Of a stretch of 32,000 bases of DNA, positions 29,420 through 32,000 are shown piece after piece (the first letter of the stretch is position 1; every line of letters begins with the position of its first letter). Source of the DNA: Candidatus Saccharimonadota bacterium (lineage in GTDB: Bacteria > Patescibacteriota > Gracilibacteria > BD1-5 > UBA6164); assembly GCA_965227835.1 (NCBI GenBank), contig OZ245768.1, positions 870,001 through 902,000 of the forward strand. The letters run 5' to 3'. Below the pieces are notes generated by a model. It had not been told where the DNA came from, did not search any database, and saw only the letters and a program-made list of their open reading frames with translations. The position numbers and the translations under genes are program-made.

Positions 29420-30580
29420 TTAATTATTTTGATTTATTATGTAGTTTTTCAGTTTATTTATCTTTTCATTTTTTATTTCTTGTTCTATAAAATTATTAAA
29501 ATCTTCTATAGTTTCATACTCTTTACCTTTATATAATATAGTTTCTTTTCAGTCTAAAGTTTTTAACTCATAATCTATAGTAAAAGTTCATCTTTTTATG
29601 GTATTTGTTATTATTTCCTCTATATTTTCTTCCATAATATTTTCAATATAGGTTTCTCCTATACTACTTACCTCTTCAAAATCAATATTTTCATCCTGTT
29701 TTAATATCTGTTCTATTTCTGTATCTTCTACAACTTCTTCTTGTGTGTTTTTATTTTCTTCAAAAACTTGATTTTCATTAAAGTCTATATTTTCTTCAAT
29801 ATTTTCGCTTTGTGAAGAATTTTCATCATCTTTTAAAATGCTATCTTTTAAATCATTTTCAGACACACATTTCTTTGAGTCTATCAAACATTCAAAATCT
29901 TTTTTTGCTTCTAATAAGTTATTTTTGTAATTATCTAAATTGTGTATATCAGGTTTAGTAAAAAAGAATATAGCTATTCAAATAACACTGAATAATACGA
30001 AACTTAGGAAAAAAAACATTTTGGATCATCATTTTTCATTATTTTTAGATTTTTCTTGTTCTAATGAATCCTCTTTTTTCTCAGAATTAAAATCAGATTT
30101 ATAGTTTACAAATAAATCTTTTTCTTCTTCAAGTAAATTTTCTTCTTTTTTTTCAATATCAAGTTTATCACTTTTAATATTTGATTCTTCTTTTTCTAAA
30201 ATTTCAGAATTAGTTAAATGAATTTCTTCTTTCTTTTCAAAATCAATTTTATCATTTTTAATATTTGGGATTTGATTATCTTTTATTTCTGAAGTATTAT
30301 GTTTTGGTAAAGCTATACCATTTTGTGTTTGATTAATTTTAGTTTCTTGTTTCGATGATAAATCTGATTCTATATTTGATGTTTCTTGTATTTTTTGCTC
30401 TGTTTTATTTTCCAAAGATTGTGATGATATATTTGGTAAATTTGAATTTTCATTTTCTTTTAAATTACTTTCATTTTGTACTTTTATAGCATCTGTTTTA
30501 TTTTCTTCATCTTTTTTTCAAACATCTTTGCTCTTTTTTATAGAGGATATATTTAGTTTAAATCATTTTCCTTCTGCCAT
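29420..30580 (-). CDS. Hypothetical acidic single-pass membrane protein (low-complexity E/K/N-rich regions on both sides of one TM helix)
   Basis: 386 aa with TGA=Gly. Fragments 30029-30415 and 29588-29887 share one frame and are joined by ...KNNEKGGSKMFFFLSFVLFSVIGIAIFFFTKPD... (the TM segment). Starts MAEGKGFKLNISSIKKSKD. Ends ...NKLKNYIINQNN* (TAA 29420-29422). Confidence 0.65.
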
Positions 30581-30649
30581 CTTTTGTTTGATAAAATATT
30601 AAATACATTGTTATGATATAATATTTTGAGATTTTAGTCAAAATTTAGC

Positions 30650-30790
30650 TTTTCAAATTACAAAAAAGATTTGACTTTTTATTTTTTATTTGCAAAATCC
30701 ATTTTAATGTTTTTCTAAATTTACTAAAAGAGGAGGATAAAATGAAAACATTGAAAAATATATTTCTTACTTCAATACTACTAATCTTTA
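30650..30790 (+). repeat. Cassette 5' module, copy 1 (promoter-like region, 5'UTR with AGGAGG, and the first ~45 nt of the CDS encoding most of the signal peptide)
   Basis: From TTGACT at 30671 through the first ~45 nt of the CDS, the sequence is identical to 31337 onward and, as far as the window goes, to 31939 onward. Confidence 0.85.
30671..30698 (+). promoter_or_regulatory. Candidate promoter of the secreted-protein cassette (repeated at 31337 and 31939)
   Basis: TTGACT (30671-76), 16-nt spacer, CAAAAT (30693-98). A strong Shine-Dalgarno AGGAGG lies at 30731-36, 5 nt before ATG 30742. Confidence 0.4.
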
Positions 30791-31212
30791 GCCTAAATGC
30801 TAATGCTTCGGTAAATGATTATATTATTTCATCTTTGAAAAGCTATAGCTGGTATGAAAAGTTGGAAAATTATGGCAGAAAAAATAATGGAGAAAGAAAA
30901 CTAGACTACTATATACGATTAAGTATCGTAAGATATCTTGAAGATATAGGTCTATATAATGCAGGAGACACAAAAAATTGTAATGATAGCTCTCGTAATA
31001 GTGTAGAAACTGATACATGTTATAAAGGTACTCTACAGCAAAATATGAATCTATCTAAAACTTTAAAAAATCCAGAAGTGCAAGATATTTTGGGTAAAGT
31101 AAGCTTTTACACAATAGTTAGTATTCAGGAAGGAGTGATGTTAGAACATATTTTAAGCAGACAACAGTTTGCAAGTTCTAACCGTTATAGTTATGTGATT
31201 GGACCTTATTAG
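30742..31212 (+). CDS. Small secreted two-cysteine protein, cassette paralog 1
   Basis: 156 aa, no internal TGA. Signal peptide MKTLKNIFLTSILLIFSLNANA|SVND. Shares the core LDY.IRL.I..YLE..GLY.AG.T.NC.D...(9-10)..DTCY.GT..QN.NL..TLK with paralog 2. Ends in TAG. Confidence 0.8.
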   Translation: MKTLKNIFLTSILLIFSLNANASVNDYIISSLKSYSWYEKLENYGRKNNGERKLDYYIRLSIVRYLEDIGLYNAGDTKNCNDSSRNSVETDTCYKGTLQQNMNLSKTLKNPEVQDILGKVSFYTIVSIQEGVMLEHILSRQQFASSNRYSYVIGPY

Positions 31213-31283
31213 ATACATAAAAAGTAAATCATAAACTGGATATGTAACTGAAGAAAAAAATTAGTTCCAAAGTAAGAAATATA

Positions 31284-31316
31284 AAAACCGGTGAGCGAGG
31301 CTCACCGGTTTTTTAA
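31284..31316 (+). terminator. Rho-independent terminator of cassette 1
   Basis: aaaaaccggtgagc-gag-gctcaccggtttttt: GC-rich 9-bp stem plus T-run. Confidence 0.8.
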
Positions 31317-31407
31317 AAAAGAGTTTAAAAAAAGGTTTGACTTTTTATTTTTTATTTGCAAAATCCATTTTAATGTTTTTCTAAATTTACTAAAAGAGGA
31401 GGATAAA

Positions 31408-31866
31408 ATGAAAACATTGAAAAATATATTTCTTACTTCAATAATACTAACCTTTAGCCTAAATGCTAGTGCTTCAGTAAATGATGAAATGATTTCGTTG
31501 CTGAAAAAATATAAATGGTATGAAGATTTAAAAAGTTTTGAGAGAAATGTAAGTAAAATGAGTTTAGATTACCACATAAGGTTACGTATTGCAAAGTATC
31601 TTGAAAATGTAGGTTTATACGATGCGGGAAATACAGAAAATTGTACTGATACTGATAAACTTCCCTATCATAACAAAAAGATTGATACATGCTATACAGG
31701 AACCCCTGAACAAAACATTAATCTATTGAATACCTTGAAAGAAGCAGAAGTAAAGAAAAATTTGAGGCAAGTAGATGCTTACACCATAATAAATGGTGTT
31801 AATAATATATTCTTAGAAGATATGGAAAATAAAACATGGACTCAAATACAGCTAAAATGAAATTAG
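31408..31866 (+). CDS. Small secreted two-cysteine protein, cassette paralog 2
   Basis: 152 aa: MKTLKNIFLTSIILTFSLNASA|SVNDEMISLLKKYKWYEDLK...NCTDTDKLPYHNKKIDTCYTGTPEQNINLLNTLK...TQIQLKGN*. It reads through TGA at 31858 to TAG 31864-66. The ATG is preceded by AGGAGG. The upstream GTG (31291) used by the ORF track lies in the terminator hairpin and is rejected. Confidence 0.8.
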
Positions 31867-31884
31867 CTCCAAAGTAAGAAATAT

Positions 31885-31916
31885 AAAAACCGGTGAGCGA
31901 TGCTCACCGGTTTTTT
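31885..31916 (+). terminator. Rho-independent terminator of cassette 2
   Basis: aaaaaccggtgagc-gat-gctcaccggtttttt, the same hairpin as at 31284 with a different loop base. Confidence 0.8.
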
Positions 31917-31919
31917 AAA

Positions 31920-32000
31920 AAAGAGTTTAAAAAAAGATTTGACTTTTTATTTTTTATTTGCAAAATCCATTTTAATGTTTTTCTAAATTTACTAAAAGAG
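31920..32000 (+). repeat. Cassette 5' module, copy 3 (truncated by the window end)
   Basis: aaaagagtttaaaaaaagatttgactttttattttttatttgcaaaatccattttaatgtttttctaaatttactaaaagag is identical to the modules upstream of 30742 and 31408. A third paralog is expected just beyond the window. Confidence 0.8.

Noticed and set aside
31291-31407. GTG start at 31291 for the second cassette protein (189-aa version in the track)
   Set aside because: The extension would begin inside the terminator hairpin of the previous cassette and run through the conserved promoter and 5'UTR. The ATG at 31408 has the same AGGAGG spacing and signal peptide as paralog 1.
1-32000. Reading the fragmented ORFs as widespread pseudogenisation or frameshift-ridden assembly
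   Set aside because: Every interruption is a TGA; none is TAA or TAG. Frames are maintained across them, and conserved motifs continue on both sides. A codon reassignment explains all cases at once.
1-32000. Translation table 4 (TGA=Trp, Mycoplasma/Spiroplasma-like), suggested by the low GC content
   Set aside because: TGA codons sit on invariant Gly positions (P-loop GxxxxGK[ST], L7/L12 EEAGA, ADKGY, GGGW). Trp positions use TGG. Trp in a P-loop is not tenable.

Overview
Strongly AT-rich bacterial window in which a standard-code ORF scan misses most real genes, because in-frame TGA is a sense codon. TGA falls on invariant glycines: the Walker A GxxxxGK[ST] of five ATPases, the C-terminal EEAGA of L7/L12, ADKGY of an IS5 transposase, and a YCDxxxxGGGW motif. 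TGG is still used for Trp. The window therefore has to be read with translation table 25 (TGA=Gly), which points to a Gracilibacteria/Absconditabacteria (SR1)-type Patescibacteria (CPR) genome. I re-translated it by hand with TGA=Gly; all CDS coordinates include the stop codon.

Contents, left to right:
- Two tandem minus-strand paralogs built from 255-bp (85-aa) tandem repeats. The second is split by an IS5-family element.
- A stand-alone rplJ-rplL unit, followed by tRNA-Gln(CUG).
- An AAA_14/DUF4143 ATPase.
- A type IV pilin-like protein carrying a C-terminal fibrinogen-like YCDxxxxGGGW domain, bracketed by two direct copies of a ~400-450 bp composite non-coding repeat. A third copy sits upstream of a pilin gene pair.
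- A DtxR/MntR-like repressor, a stand-alone ClpB-D2-like AAA+ protein and an M3 metallopeptidase.
- A small nucleotidyltransferase plus an SF1B helicase, preceded by a GC-enriched, hairpin-rich ~290-nt non-coding island and mirror-image divergent promoter modules. A NUDT9-like Nudix hydrolase lies on the other side.
- Small secreted and membrane proteins, a tRNA-Arg and tyrS.
- Two pilins convergent with a pilB-(PP2C/SpoIIE phosphatase)-pilC-pilT operon.
- An acidic single-pass membrane protein.
- A tandem array of at least 3 cassettes for small secreted two-Cys proteins, each with an identical promoter/5'UTR/signal-peptide module.

The most unusual items are the adhesin-like pilin cassette with its flanking repeats, the structured RNA candidate upstream of the helicase, the phosphatase embedded in the pilus operon, and the two repeat-gene families. 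No functional claim beyond motif-level homology could be tested here.
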